The notes beneath the pieces are model-generated. The model was not told the origin of the DNA. It saw nothing but the letters and a program-made list of their open reading frames with translations, and ran no database searches. A DNA stretch of 64,000 nucleotides from Takakia lepidozioides (lineage: Eukaryota; Plantae; Bryophyta): assembly GCA_030704615.1 (NCBI GenBank), contig CM060731.1:54064001-54128000 (forward strand). Reading direction: 5' to 3'. The stretch's first letter is position 1, and every line of letters starts with the position of its first letter. The translations under genes were made by a program, and so were the position numbers. Below, one piece after another: positions 48,775-60,901 of this stretch.

Positions 48775-50067
48775 ATGGTTACCAACCACAGTGTTAGCGA
48801 CAGGAGATGGAGGAGACGATTTTCTTCTGAGCTTTGGAGGTCTAAGAAATCAAGGTTTCTTTTTGAGATTGAGGAAAAGGCAACCAGTCAGACAGAGGAG
48901 TGTGCCCACAAGCAATCGCCGAAGGTGGAGTTGGATGAAAATGTTTGGTCAAGATTGCCACGCGACCTGGCAGACCAGGTGTACAGACGCCTACCTCATC
49001 CAATCATGCTCCACTTCAAGGCTGTCTGCAAAGGATGGAATGGCATTGTGCCATTGTCTTTAGTCATCAGCCAATGTGGGGAGTCCTCATCTCATGGATC
49101 GTACATCATTGTTTGGGAAGTTTCGACTCTTCCGACATGTGTGCATCCCATTGATGTGTATGACCCCTCCCTAAACAGGTGGCATTCAAGCTCTTGGTTT
49201 CCACCACCATTTTTCAACACGAGTATTCGTGTTTTGGCCGCCAATGGTGGACTGTTTCTGGTCAGTGCAAGAGCCCTGCAGTTTCCTTTCTCAGAGGAAT
49301 TGGTTGTCTTCAATCCACTAAGCAAGAAATGGCGGAAGCTGCCTCCCATGTCACTACGCAGGTCCATCTCTGGGATTGTCGGCTTACTTGTGGACAGACG
49401 CTCCAGTACCTACAAGGTCGTGGCATCGGGATCAAGCAGATACACTGTTTATGACTCGAAGCTTGATGAGTGGAGCGTAGCGATGGAAGTGCCATTCTGT
49501 GGAAAATCACCCGCAGTTGTTTGTGGAAGATCTGTTTATTGGCTTGGCAAGAGGTGGACGGATTCTTCTTCCATATATTTGCTAGGATTTGACCTTGATC
49601 AAGGGTGGATCAAACACAGGTTGGGAGCACCAGGAGAGCCATCCACTCTGATGGCAAAAAGAGTTTTGAATTGCCATGGGCATATTTTGCTGGTTGGAGC
49701 TAGTCATAGCTCTCAACCTGGTGAGGAAAGGAGGGGCGAGGGAAGCACATGCATGAAGGATCTTCAGATTTGGGAGATGGACAAATCAATAGAGAATTGG
49801 ACAAAAGTGGCAAACATGCCTGACTATCTGTTCAAGCTCTACTTTGTCAACCACCCATGGGGCAAGGGAACCAAGGAGGTGATTCCATGTGTTAGTTATG
49901 GAAATAAGATCTTCTTTGCCAGCAACAGAATGTCACGAGGATTGATCTTTGATTTGAACTCTAAGACATGGAGTTTCTCATCTAGTCGTCCCAGAATGCT
50001 GAAGCGAAGGGATAGGGCCTCTCTGGATATTTTCAGATGTGAGCTGCGGTTTGATTTGGATGTGTGA
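48775..50067 (+). CDS. F-box protein with a kelch/beta-propeller-like C-terminus, intronless
   Basis: 430-aa ORF from ATG 48775, with F-box VWSRLPRDLADQVYRRLP...FKAVCKGWN followed by VLAANGGLF, VVFNPLSKKWRKLPPM, VYDS..DEW and IWEMD...W.KVANMP. Confidence 0.88.
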   Translation: MVTNHSVSDRRWRRRFSSELWRSKKSRFLFEIEEKATSQTEECAHKQSPKVELDENVWSRLPRDLADQVYRRLPHPIMLHFKAVCKGWNGIVPLSLVISQCGESSSHGSYIIVWEVSTLPTCVHPIDVYDPSLNRWHSSSWFPPPFFNTSIRVLAANGGLFLVSARALQFPFSEELVVFNPLSKKWRKLPPMSLRRSISGIVGLLVDRRSSTYKVVASGSSRYTVYDSKLDEWSVAMEVPFCGKSPAVVCGRSVYWLGKRWTDSSSIYLLGFDLDQGWIKHRLGAPGEPSTLMAKRVLNCHGHILLVGASHSSQPGEERRGEGSTCMKDLQIWEMDKSIENWTKVANMPDYLFKLYFVNHPWGKGTKEVIPCVSYGNKIFFASNRMSRGLIFDLNSKTWSFSSSRPRMLKRRDRASLDIFRCELRFDLDV

Positions 50068-51883
50068 AACTGTCACTTTAATGCAGTGTAGTACTCCGGT
50101 GAGGTTTTTCACGACATTGCAACAAAGACCTAGCTACCATTACCCCTGGAATCTTCTCAATATTCATGTAGACTAACAAGTAGGATATGTGGATAAAAGG
50201 AGCAGGATTTTCACATCTGCTAATTTCAAGTTGTTTCAAAATGTACAGAGTGACTGCCCTTCTCCGGATAATATGGACATTTTCCCCAAAAAGCAGTGGG
50301 CAACTATGAAATATTGGTGTCATGGTTTGGAATCTGTATCATTGCCAAGGCCCTTGTCCATCCCTTCCTATGCTTTGGAGTTTGTCCATTGAACCTCTTG
50401 AGTTTATTATTTTGTTACAATCATATTCTACAATTGTCACTGACAGCTCTTGTCAACAACTCTTGCATTGTGAGGAGTTCAAAGCTTAGATGGAGTTCAA
50501 ATGTCGGAGACACTGCACATATATGAGTGGAGGTACAACTTGCCATGTGCATGGCTGCAAAGGCTTTGCTTTGATGAAATGCTCTTGTTCAGCCATAGCT
50601 TAAGTCATCCCACATACTCAATCCACTTCAGGTGTGTTTCCCTTCCAGGCCTTGAGGGAGACCATGCTGGAATCCACAGTGGCTGAGCTACATTACTTCA
50701 CTTTTTCCGGCTTTGTCTGTTCTATGGGCCATTGTGTGTACTACTTGTACCCTAGTTTCTTCACTCTACTTGACTGTGTAGTTTAACAGACCAAAGTTTG
50801 GATCCGGACACCTTCACATGTTCCCTTGTACTTTTCTCATGTGATGGAGCTCCATGATCTAGTCACCAAATGGAAGTGAATCAGATCAATCTTGAACTTG
50901 ATGATTTGTTTCTCATATGTGGGGTCCTGGCAGGATAAATATAGTCTAGAACTGAAATCTTTCAGATCCAGACTGTCTGCGCTCCTTCCCCAGTTAGAGA
51001 TCGCGAACTTAAAATGGACTTTATATCAATGCAGCACAGAAGCTACATTCCTGCCACATGCTCAAAAGCGTTCCGGTGTGAAGCAGAGATGCAAGGCAGT
51101 GAATTGCAGCCATTTCAAGTCCAGAGCTATTTTTAGCACTCACAACTTTCAAGGGGCATTGACTTGGGCGAATAATCTTGCTTGGCCTTCACAATCATAA
51201 TGGGGACCATCTCTCCCGGTAACTGTCGAGGTAAATATCAACACGGTTTGAGGCTGACAAGTGGGGGTTAAAGCTGCAAGCATGTATGTCTGTTTTTCTT
51301 TTCTGCGAATCCGTTCTTAGAACTGAATGAAACTTTATGGGAGGAAACTGTCGGTATAGGGTTTGTGGGAGAGAGAAACATAAACAAACAAGTCAATTTA
51401 CTACGTCCACGCAGGCCTGCTGGATCAGAGCACTGGCCCGTTGTGTACTAACATGCCTAATGTACTCAAAAGCACAAGGGATGTAGCTGCCCCGGGCTGC
51501 ATTGAGCCCACCTGTTGTCTTGTCTCTCTCGTCCTCGGACCCCGATCAAGCAGCTCGACAGAAGCAAACACACTGGGCAGGAAGTTGAAGCTTTATGAAA
51601 GCGACTGGGTGTTGCTGAAATGAGGGGAAGTAATAAGTTATCACAGTGAATCCAAGACTGAGAGCAAGCACTTGGTGGGTACCTTCTCTGCAGCGACAAC
51701 AACTTCATCATGCATGCACTGGATGGATATATGGCGGATGGGCGACTCCTCATCCATCCGACAGCGCATATTTGTGGCTCTTTTAGATGAATACTGGGCA
51801 CATTCGTTGCCCTTTGCATGGAAATGGATTGAAGGTTCCTGCCACCTACCACTGTCCCTCATTAAGAGCGACGCGTGATTTTC

Positions 51884-51887
<4 letters not shown>

Positions 51888-51918
<31 letters not shown>
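51888..51918 (+). repeat. (CT)n microsatellite upstream of the ACBP-like gene
   Basis: About 15 perfect CT units. Confidence 0.95.
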
Positions 51919-51922
<4 letters not shown>

Positions 51923-52054
51923 AAGCGAGCTGCTCGATGTGCTGACCTGCATCTTCACCTCTCTGCCCTCGCTACTGTTGGTTCTCTCACCCTCCTACAG
52001 GTTTTATTGCTTTGAACAGCTGCAAGATTCGCCAGCTTCTATTTGTCATTCATC

Positions 52055-52704
52055 ATGGGCTTGGAGGTTCTCTCTCTAACTCCTAGGATGTTTCTGTGGG
52101 TCTCTAAGGCAGGATTGAGTCTGTGGATGTCTAGATCAAACACAATGCTTGTTAGCAAACCATCTTCTCGACGTAGAAAAAGAGACTGTTGGTCAGTGTA
52201 GGTGGTTGCATAATTTTTCAGACAGGCAGACTCAGCAATAGTGCTTGTAAGGATGTCCACCATGGAACTCTACAAGGGTTAAGTGCGCCGTTGCTCCACC
52301 ATAAGTTGAGCTGTGACTCGATTCGCTGCAACACATTGAAGATACATCGGGCACATTGCCTAAATTTCATCATTTTTCAGTTCGCAAAAAGATCCACTAC
52401 TAACAACTCATCGAGGAAGTGAGCGTTAGCTGGATGTTGTTAGAGTTTATCAATGTATCGTACACGAGGGACTGCAAAGAGGAAGTGGAATATTTAGGAG
52501 TCGTGCTCACAGTTGAATGTCTAGATCATCTTTACATACATGGAGGGTCGGACAAATTGTCCTGATGCACGCGGGCTGATGTACAGGAAGACTTTGCGAA
52601 GGCTGTGGCAGAGGCGAAGACCATACCTGATACCATTGACGACATGGACAAACTCACACTGTACGGTTTGTACAAGACGGTGACTGTTGAAAAAGTGAAC
52701 ATTG
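52055..52704 (+). CDS. Small acyl-CoA-binding protein (class I ACBP-like), exons 1-2 only
   Basis: Exon 1 52055-52066 MGLE|gt; exon 2 52587-52704 EDFAKAVAEAKTIPDTIDDMDKLTLYGLYKTVTVEKVNI|gt. The exon carrying KWDAW was not found. Confidence 0.72.
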
Positions 52705-53169
52705 GTGCGCTACCTTCTCTCTTCCAGGGAAACCACACTCAGTTTTTTCTCTGTATCCTTGTGTTACTCTTTACTACACCTCTTCTTACATTCCTTAGTC
52801 TTTTAGTTCCTACAGGCTCAAATAGCCCTTCATAGTTCAGGTCTATTTGATTTTTCTTTTCTTCTTCTTCTTCACTCAAGTATTCTATTTTTGACCTGTA
52901 AGTGTCTGACAATCGATTTCTTTCTCTTCTCTGCACACCGTCTGTCTCCAGCTAATTCTTGGCCCAATCAACAATGCAAAAGCTCATAGACTCTGGGCAG
53001 ATTATCACACAGTGCCAAATAGAGCCCACAGTGGCTCTTGCCACATTCCTGTCACACACTTAGTGCTCACAATACCTTTCTTCATTCCAGTCATGTACAA
53101 TTACACGATAGCACCTCACGCCAAACATCCGCTCGAGTCCCAGCAATCTAAAACTCCCTGGACAGGTAC

Positions 53170-56100
53170 AGTATGAATTCAAGAACGAGATCTCAAGGTT
53201 TTCACCTCTGCCTTAAGGATCTCTTCTGGTTCTGCCACAACTTCTCCTTTTGTTGTGACCTTTGGCAATTCTGGGAAAACATGGCTGGGATGTGAAACAT
53301 ATTTCCTTAAGAGGCTCACATGAAATACGTCATGTATCTTCCACCTAACAAGCAGTTCAGCTGGTAGGCGACCTTGCCAATCTTTTTGATAATCTTGAAA
53401 GGCCTACAGTACCTCGGGGAAAGCTTATAGCATTTTCCCAGGCTCAACTGGCTCTTCTTAGGGATTACTTTCAAAAATACTTATCTCCGATCCCAAACTC
53501 CCTAAAGGACCTTTTCTGATCAGCATAGGTCTTTGCTCTCTCTTGAGCCCTCTTCATGCTATCTTTTATTAATTCCAACTCTTGCTCCTTGCTATCATCT
53601 GATTGACACTTTTGACTTTAGTGTTCGAAACATGCCAAGATGCTGGAGTCAAGCAATCTTGCCCATAGACAGCTTCAAATGGGCTTACCCCAATAGCTGT
53701 GTGTATGTTCTTATTATAGGCAAACTCAACCAAATGCAAATAGTGCTCCCACGAGCTCTGTTTTTGCCCTACATACATTCGGAGCATGTCCTCCAAGGTT
53801 CTATTTGTTCTCTCTGTCTAAGCGTCTGATTCCAGATGATAAGCACTGCTAAAACATAATCTGGTATTCAAAGCTTTGAACAAAGCAGTCCAAAATCCAC
53901 TTGTAAACTTTGAATCTCTTTCAGACACAATTTCTCTTGGCAATCCATGCAGTCTGTATATCTCTTTTACAAAGAGATTAACTGTGTCTATAGCAGTAAT
54001 ACTCATCTTTGTGGGTATGAAGTGCGCCTGCTTCGACAAGCGATCAATCACTACAAATATGGCATTATGTCCATTTCTTATCTTAGGCAATGAGACAATG
54101 AAATCCATACTTATAGATTCTCACTTTGCCCTAGGTACACTCAGAGGTTGCAAAAGTCCAGGAATCTTGATATGTTCTGTTTTGGTTACCTGACAAGGGT
54201 AACACCTTTCAACATAATCTCGTATGTTCTTCTTCATCCTAGGCCAAAAAAATTGTTTCCTGACTGCGAGATATGTTTTCTGAAAGCCAGGATGGCCTGC
54301 AATGGGTATGTTATGACAGTCGTACGTGATCTTTAGTCTAAAGTCTGCGTCCGTCGTAGTACAACCCATCCTTCAATAGATAAGCAAGATACTTGCCAAT
54401 TTCATTAGAAGTCTTAACCCCCCGAGACAGGCTTTCAAACGGGCCAGCAAAATATGCGTCTTTAGCATACTGACCTCTTATCTCATCTATCACAGTGCTT
54501 CTTATCACTGAAATAGCAGTTGCCCACTTTCTTCTGGACAACGCATCTGCCACCACGTTCTCTTTCCCCTTCACATAATGCAATTCAAAGAAGAACTGCT
54601 GGAGGAACTCCACCCAACGACATTGTCTACGACTGAGGTTGGGTTGTGTAGCTAGATACTTCAAGCTTTCATGGTCTGTTTCAATCTTAAATTCCCTTCC
54701 CAGCAGATAATGTCACCAAACCTTTAAGGCATGTATGATGGCTAGCAATTCTTTTTCATGCACTGGGTAGTTCAGCTCTGTTGGGCTTAGTTTTCTAGAC
54801 TCATAAGCTATTACCTGTCCGTCTTGCATTAACACAGCTCCTATGGCTAGGTCACTTACATCTTGCAAAGTACTAGACCACCTGTCTTGTAATCCATCAA
54901 CTTCAAGACAGGAGCATGTGTTAACATATCTTTAAGCTTTTCAAAGCTTTCATTACAATCCTCGGTCCAGGTAATCGCTCCTAAGCCTTTCAGCAGGCTA
55001 GTGAGAGGGGCTGCAATCTTGGAGGATCTTTATAAGTCTTCTATAAAAGCTTGCAAGTCCCAAGAATGCTCTCACATCAGTTCTATCCTTCATGGCTGGC
55101 CATTCTGCCACAGTCTTTACTTTCTTGGGATCAACTAAAATGCCATCTTTTGACACTATAAATCCCAAGTATCCCATCTGGGAAACAAAAAACTCACACT
55201 TGCTCTTCTTAGCATAGAGCTTATTCTCCCACAAGATCTGAAGGACACTTCTCAAGTGTTCTATGTGTTCTTCTTCAGACTTCGAATATATTAAAATGTC
55301 ATCCATGAAGACTAATACAAGTTTCCCCATATACTTCCTGAATAAGGTATTCATTAAGCACAGAAAAGTGGCTAGTGCATTTGTGAGCCCAAAAGACATC
55401 ATTGTATATTCATAGTGGCCAAAATTGGTTCTAAAGGTTGTCTTAAACGTGTCCGAGTCTTTGACACGGATCTGATGGTATCCACTTCGTAGGTCTATCT
55501 TTGAAAATACTTGCGCACCATGCAAGTAATCAAATAAGTCATCTATCCTAGGGAGTGGAAACTTATTCTTTACAATCAACTTATTCAGCCATCTGTAGTC
55601 TGCACACAACCTTAACGTTCCATCTTTCTTCTTCTTGAACAACACTGGTGCTCCCCAGGGAGACTTGCTAGGCTTAAATATAACCTTTCTTTAGCAAATC
55701 AGCCAGCTGTCTCTCCAATTCTTCATTCTCCACCAAAGAATGACTATAAGGAATCCTCAAGACAGGAACCGCTTCAGGAACCAACTCAATGGCATGATCT
55801 ACATCCTTTTCAAGAGGTAGTCCAGGCAGATCACTGGGAAACACAAAAAAAAATTCAGACGGGATCTAATCTGTTATGTTGAGGTTGTTCAACTCCACTT
55901 CAATGTCTTCGTCATCATTCTCATGAATGCTTACGAAGAACAGCTCATCGGTTGTCTTCCGTATGCATCGCTTCATTTGAAGGGTTGACAACAAGGAAAC
56001 ATTGGGTAGGGCTCTTGTACCTGTAAGCTTGAATCACTTACCACCAGGCAACACCCCTTCCACTGAGTAATCTCGACATGCCACTTGAGCGTCCACAGCT

Positions 56101-56620
56101 GCCAGCCACTACATTCCCAAGATGACGTCGTACCTTTCGCCATCCCAGACCTCAAAATCTACCTTAGTGGTGATCCCTTGCATTGTGACAGGGACCACCA
56201 AGCTCCTACTGTTGGTAGATCCTGCATCTTCATTAGGCAACAGAATGGTGTTGGTGCCAACCTCCTTCAACTGTAGCTTGCGCTTGTTTGCAAAATTTTG
56301 AGACAAGAAGTTATGGCTGCTTCCTGGGTCAATCAAAACAGTCGTGGTCTCTCTTCCTACCTAACCATTCAATCGTATGACTGTGGGATTATAGTCTATC
56401 TCCTCACCCATCACAGCCGCTGAGATCCTCAGCTATTTACCTTTCCTCGTCCCAGGTGCATCCACATCTATCTTATCATCAACCTCTTGCACAATCACAG
56501 CTGTAGCTGTACGTTGTACGCATTTGGGACACTCGAACGCCCAATGACCTTTCTCATGACAGATAAAACACTGACCCAACCATCGGTGTTCTTCCTATTC
56601 CTTCTCTAATAGGCGTTTGG
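53170..56620 (-). mobile_element. Decayed Ty3/gypsy LTR retrotransposon (gag knuckle-PR-RT-RH-IN, chromovirus-like)
   Basis: CFICHEKGHWAFECP (~56530-56575), LIDPGSSHNF protease, [14 protein letters not shown]...FMDDILIYS, RNase [29 protein letters not shown], and EPEEILKAEVKTLRS (start of a chromodomain-like region). Many stops and frameshifts. A possible further gag fragment lies at about 56945-57250. Confidence 0.9.
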
Positions 56621-56717
56621 TCGCTGGGGCTCCAAACTAGAAGCTAACAATGACAGCCTAGAATTGTCAAAGCACACACTAGCAGGGAAAACATGGTGAA
56701 TTATGTTGAAGAAGGTA

Positions 56718-56940
56718 CCTTCACCCCTTTCCCCATCATTTGCTTTCAGGTGTCCAAAGCCCCATCCCGCGCTCCTGCTCTGCACACCCTGCAAGCATCG
56801 CATTCCACGACACCACATCTGGTTCAGCCATAGTGTTGAACACTCCCTTGGCATCCTAGATGCTCCCACATTTAGCATACATGGCCACCAGACCAATGTT
56901 CAGGATGACATCTGGTACAATTGCAGATTTGATGATGTCA
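56718..56940 (-). pseudogene. PLS-class PPR gene fragment
   Basis: IVPDVILNIGLVAMYAKCGSI*DAKGVFNTMAEPDVVSWNAMLAG, closely similar to repeats at 61.8-62.7 kb. Confidence 0.85.
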
Positions 56941-58733
56941 CCAGGGATCTCTGGAAATTACACAACAAAAGTTTGCTGCAAATCAATGGGTGACGGATCA
57001 ATATGGAAGGACTGCTTACTGCCGGGAAATCTAATCTAATATTAATCCGATATGCTTCAGGTAGTTGGTTTGTGATAGGCTGGTTGTAGAACTCTTCTTC
57101 AGAGAGTCGATAGTTGGGTGAATAAGACTGGCTGGGTCTGTACTGGAGGGGTAGTGCTCTGTCTGCCAAGGCCACCTCAAACTTTGCCTTGCCCCACAGT
57201 TGTCTTGCCGTTGTCTCTGCCTCTGCTATCCTCCCTTGTTGCACACTCCAACATCATTCCGTTGAATCATTTGTTGTGCTAGCCACATTACACAACAATT
57301 GTTGTTCTAGACTCAATTCTCTGTTTGGAGTTGTTCAACATTCCAACTATGCATAGTCACCCTGTTGCAAAAACAACAAGATACAGAAAATCAAGATGCA
57401 TCGTACATGGATGGAACTTTGTACTGACAGTGTGTGGATGGGGTCAGGAGAGGCTACCTTCGCTCCATTGTTGTAGTGGAGGTTGCTCCTCACAGCCACG
57501 TTGAAAAATTTGAGTACAGACATTTGTTGATGTGTAATTCCTCTGGCAAACTGCTTGCAAGGTTTGTGACCAAAGGATGAAAATGTGGTATGCTTGGTTG
57601 GCGCAGTGCAACATCAAGTGGTTTCGAGAGTATGATAATATGACGGAATCTGGCGGGGATCGGTATTGGAATTTCATCTAGCGTAGTGCCCTGTACATAT
57701 CAGAGGTAAGGCTTTGTTCTCGTCTCCTTCCCAACTTTCACTAGTGTCTACGAGAGTAGTGTTAGAAAATGGTTTTGTTGCATGGTTTAACCTCTATCAT
57801 AGAGCCAAATGCAGTTAGTAACTTTATGCTTGAGATCGATGCTGCTGAGTAATCCCTGAGCTTTTTAAGTAGTTAACCACATCATAGTAACTATGAAGAG
57901 AACCATGTGACACCCTATGGTACCTGCAAAGTTGTTGGGATATTTGTTGTTGCACCTCATATCCATGACATTGGAGCACAAGGCTGAGAAAGGGAGCACT
58001 TGGGGGTGGCAATGGCAGGTGTCTCCTACAGAGATCCGTGGTACACTGGGAACAACGAACTAACTTTATCTGTGTGGGCATTCTGATGGCTCTTATTGTG
58101 GGGCTTCCCCTGAGTGGCAACCCTGCCTGATACTGACTGGACACTGATGTATTTGTGGACGGATGAAATATTCAAAGAACATGTGCAGCATGATTTGTTT
58201 CTGTATTCTAGTCTTTCTTGTCTTGAGGGTGAAGGGTTGCTTAGGCCTCCCGTCATATAGAGGCACATGACATTTGGTCCAGTTAGTTGGAAGGCATAGT
58301 ATCTGTAATGGGCATTTGTGGTGGCCAAAATGGTCCTTTGAGTGAGTGCAAGGTAGACAATACTGGTGCTGGGTAAATGGTTGGTACATTGTTTCGCAAA
58401 TTGAACATGTATTCAATCAAAGTTAATTGGATGCCACTGTGAGACGTTGCCTTGTATGGAAATGGACGTCAGATTTTTTCCTTGGGGTGATAAAACAGGT
58501 GGCATAGCATGTTTGCATTGGCTGCAGTGTCCTCCTTTGTTTGGGCATGGCATACACTCCAGAAAGCCCACGTTGGCTATGCAAGGACAGATTGGTCCCC
58601 CTTGCTTATCTACTATGCACTAAGTAGCACCAGAACCTCTTCAAGGCTACAAGCATTGGAATTGTCCCACGTCTGCTTTCTCGAAACTAGTTTCAGTCAT
58701 CGGTTTCGGTAATCGGTCCTGCAGAAAGGTTCT

Positions 58734-58825
58734 GCAGTATAGTTAAAGTTCATCGGGATATCCGTCACGCCTAGTCGTGGCAGTATAGTTAAAGTTCATC
58801 GGGATATCCGTCACGCCTAGTCGTG
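58734..58825 (+). repeat. Perfect tandem duplication, 46-bp unit x2
   Basis: GCAGTATAGTTAAAGTTCATCGGGATATCCGTCACGCCTAGTCGTG at 58734 and 58780. Confidence 0.95.
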
Positions 58826-59261
58826 TGTTAAGCCTTATGGCAGCCTTCGGGCATAAAAGGGTTTTAATTTTTTTCCCTTCAATAATTCAAATAAAGCTCT
58901 GAGGCTAAGCCCTCTTCTCTTAAAAAACAAGAAAAAAAAGAAAAAAGAAGAAAAAAGAAGAAGTTGCCAACCGAAGCATGGTATCGGATCGCAGACAATG
59001 CTTCTAACATGGACCACTAACATGTTTTATATGGAACGTCAGCATGATCATTTTTCCCTAGTTCAATGTACACATTATTTGCTTTAGTTGATTCTTTGAC
59101 ACATCATGACTACTGTATCTGATTTGTAGATAAAGAAGATGATGTACAAGCCTCAAGGTAATTTAATATATACTATAAAAAAGGCAAGAAAATTGCAAGA
59201 CAAGGGAGAGGTAGTTCATAAGAGTAATAATGATCATTTGATCAAATGACATGTTTTGAAT

Positions 59262-59770
59262 AATCTTTGATTTCCATAGCTTTTCTCATGAGTCCTACAC
59301 AAATTACTTTGAATTTCCTGTTTAAAAATGAAATGAAATAAAATAAAAAACCGAATTTCTAATTCCCAATATACATATTTGCTTGGTTGTAGCTTTGTAT
59401 ATCCTTAAGAAAGAAAAAAAAATCCTGATCAAAAAAAATTGTAGATGTCTTTATATTTAGCACAATAATTTTTTATACGTATATGAGAAGAGAGAAAACA
59501 AAAAGTATGAGAAGAGAGAAAACAAAAAGTTGAATATCTTTGATTTTCATAGCTTTTCTCATGAGTCCTACACAAATTACTTTGAATTCCTGTTTTAAAA
59601 ATGAAATGAAATAAAATAAAAAACCTTGAATTTCTTAATTCCCAATATACATAATTTGCTGTAGTTTTAATATCCTTAAGAAAAAAAAATCCTGATCCAA
59701 AAAAATTGTAGATGTCTTTCATATTTAGCACAATAATTTTTTATTACGCTACTATTAGAAGAGAAAAAGA
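59262..59770 (+). repeat. AT-rich tandem duplication, unit about 273 bp
   Basis: atctttgatt..catagcttttctcatgagtcctacacaaattactttgaatt recurs at about 59263 and 59536. The first unit carries an internal repeat of about 24 bp. Confidence 0.85.
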
Positions 59771-60901
59771 CTTACGATGCTTATGAAAGACATCTACGAG
59801 AAGCCCAAAACGAGCTGGATTTCTTTAGTTAACTGGACAAGTTGCACACATAATGCCATAATAATGGGCAACAAGTCCCATTTTAGGGTGAGGGTGCGTG
59901 CAGCCCATCGTTGATGCGTACTTGTTTTCCAGCAATAAAAAAATAAAAATAAAAATTGATGACAAACAAGTGTGCATTAACATGACAGAGAGCTCACCAA
60001 TACAACAGACTTGACGGACAACAAAGATGATAGGAGAGATTTTGGGTTCAACAAGATGTTTAGGGTTCTTGCAGAACAAGTGTGCAGTGAAACACACTTG
60101 TTTTTTAGCCAGAAAACAAAAAACATTTCAGCTACCCCCAATGTTTTTTTATCGTTTTTGCTAAAACGTGATACAAAGGTCAATAGTATAATAAAACACA
60201 AAGACAAGAAGAGATGTTTGGAAATTTACCTGTGCCACATCAACATGTTTGGGCACTCCTACATGGCCTCTCCCTTGCCACAAACATGTCATATAAGAAC
60301 CAAACAACCAAACTCTTGTATAATCTTTAGTGCCTCCACATCCTTGTTATGATGTGGCCGCTGGCCAGGTTCCTTTAGTCCATTTCAGTTTGGGGCACCT
60401 CAAGCTCAACAATGTAAATAGACCTCTTTTGGCGAAAATGGATGATGGTGCAACGAGGTTGAAAGTTGAAACAAGTGAAATTCGACAGAATGCCATTGAG
60501 CCCTACTTGACAAAACTATGTCATATATGTTCCTTGATCTTTCTTTGAGGCTGGACTCTGCAGTCCAAGAACAGCCACATATCACACATCTATGGATAGA
60601 TTAATTCAGACATCCACATTTTGTTTCCTAGCACGCTCTAGACCACCATCCACCAACAGTTAATGTCCATAACGAGATTGACATAGGTTGTGTGGGAACA
60701 TATTGCAATTTTTGAGCTGAGTTTCCACCTCCTCATGGGTAGACCCCACAGTTGGCTCTTGGAGTGTTGATATGCCATGGAGGAAATGCCCAACAGTACA
60801 TCATAACCAGCCTTCCCAGGGAATGGTGAATGAACCAAGCAGCTGCTTAGTTATGGTGAATGAAGCAACGCACTGATACCTTATACAACAACAGCATCGT
60901 T

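Noticed and set aside
58734-58825. CRISPR-like repeat
   Set aside because: Two abutting copies with no spacer, in a eukaryotic context; a simple tandem duplication.
60418-60530. Missing ACBP exon 3 (AKMDD...NAIEPYLTKL)
   Set aside because: Lacks both Trp residues, the spacing is wrong and there is no suitable acceptor; likely coincidence.
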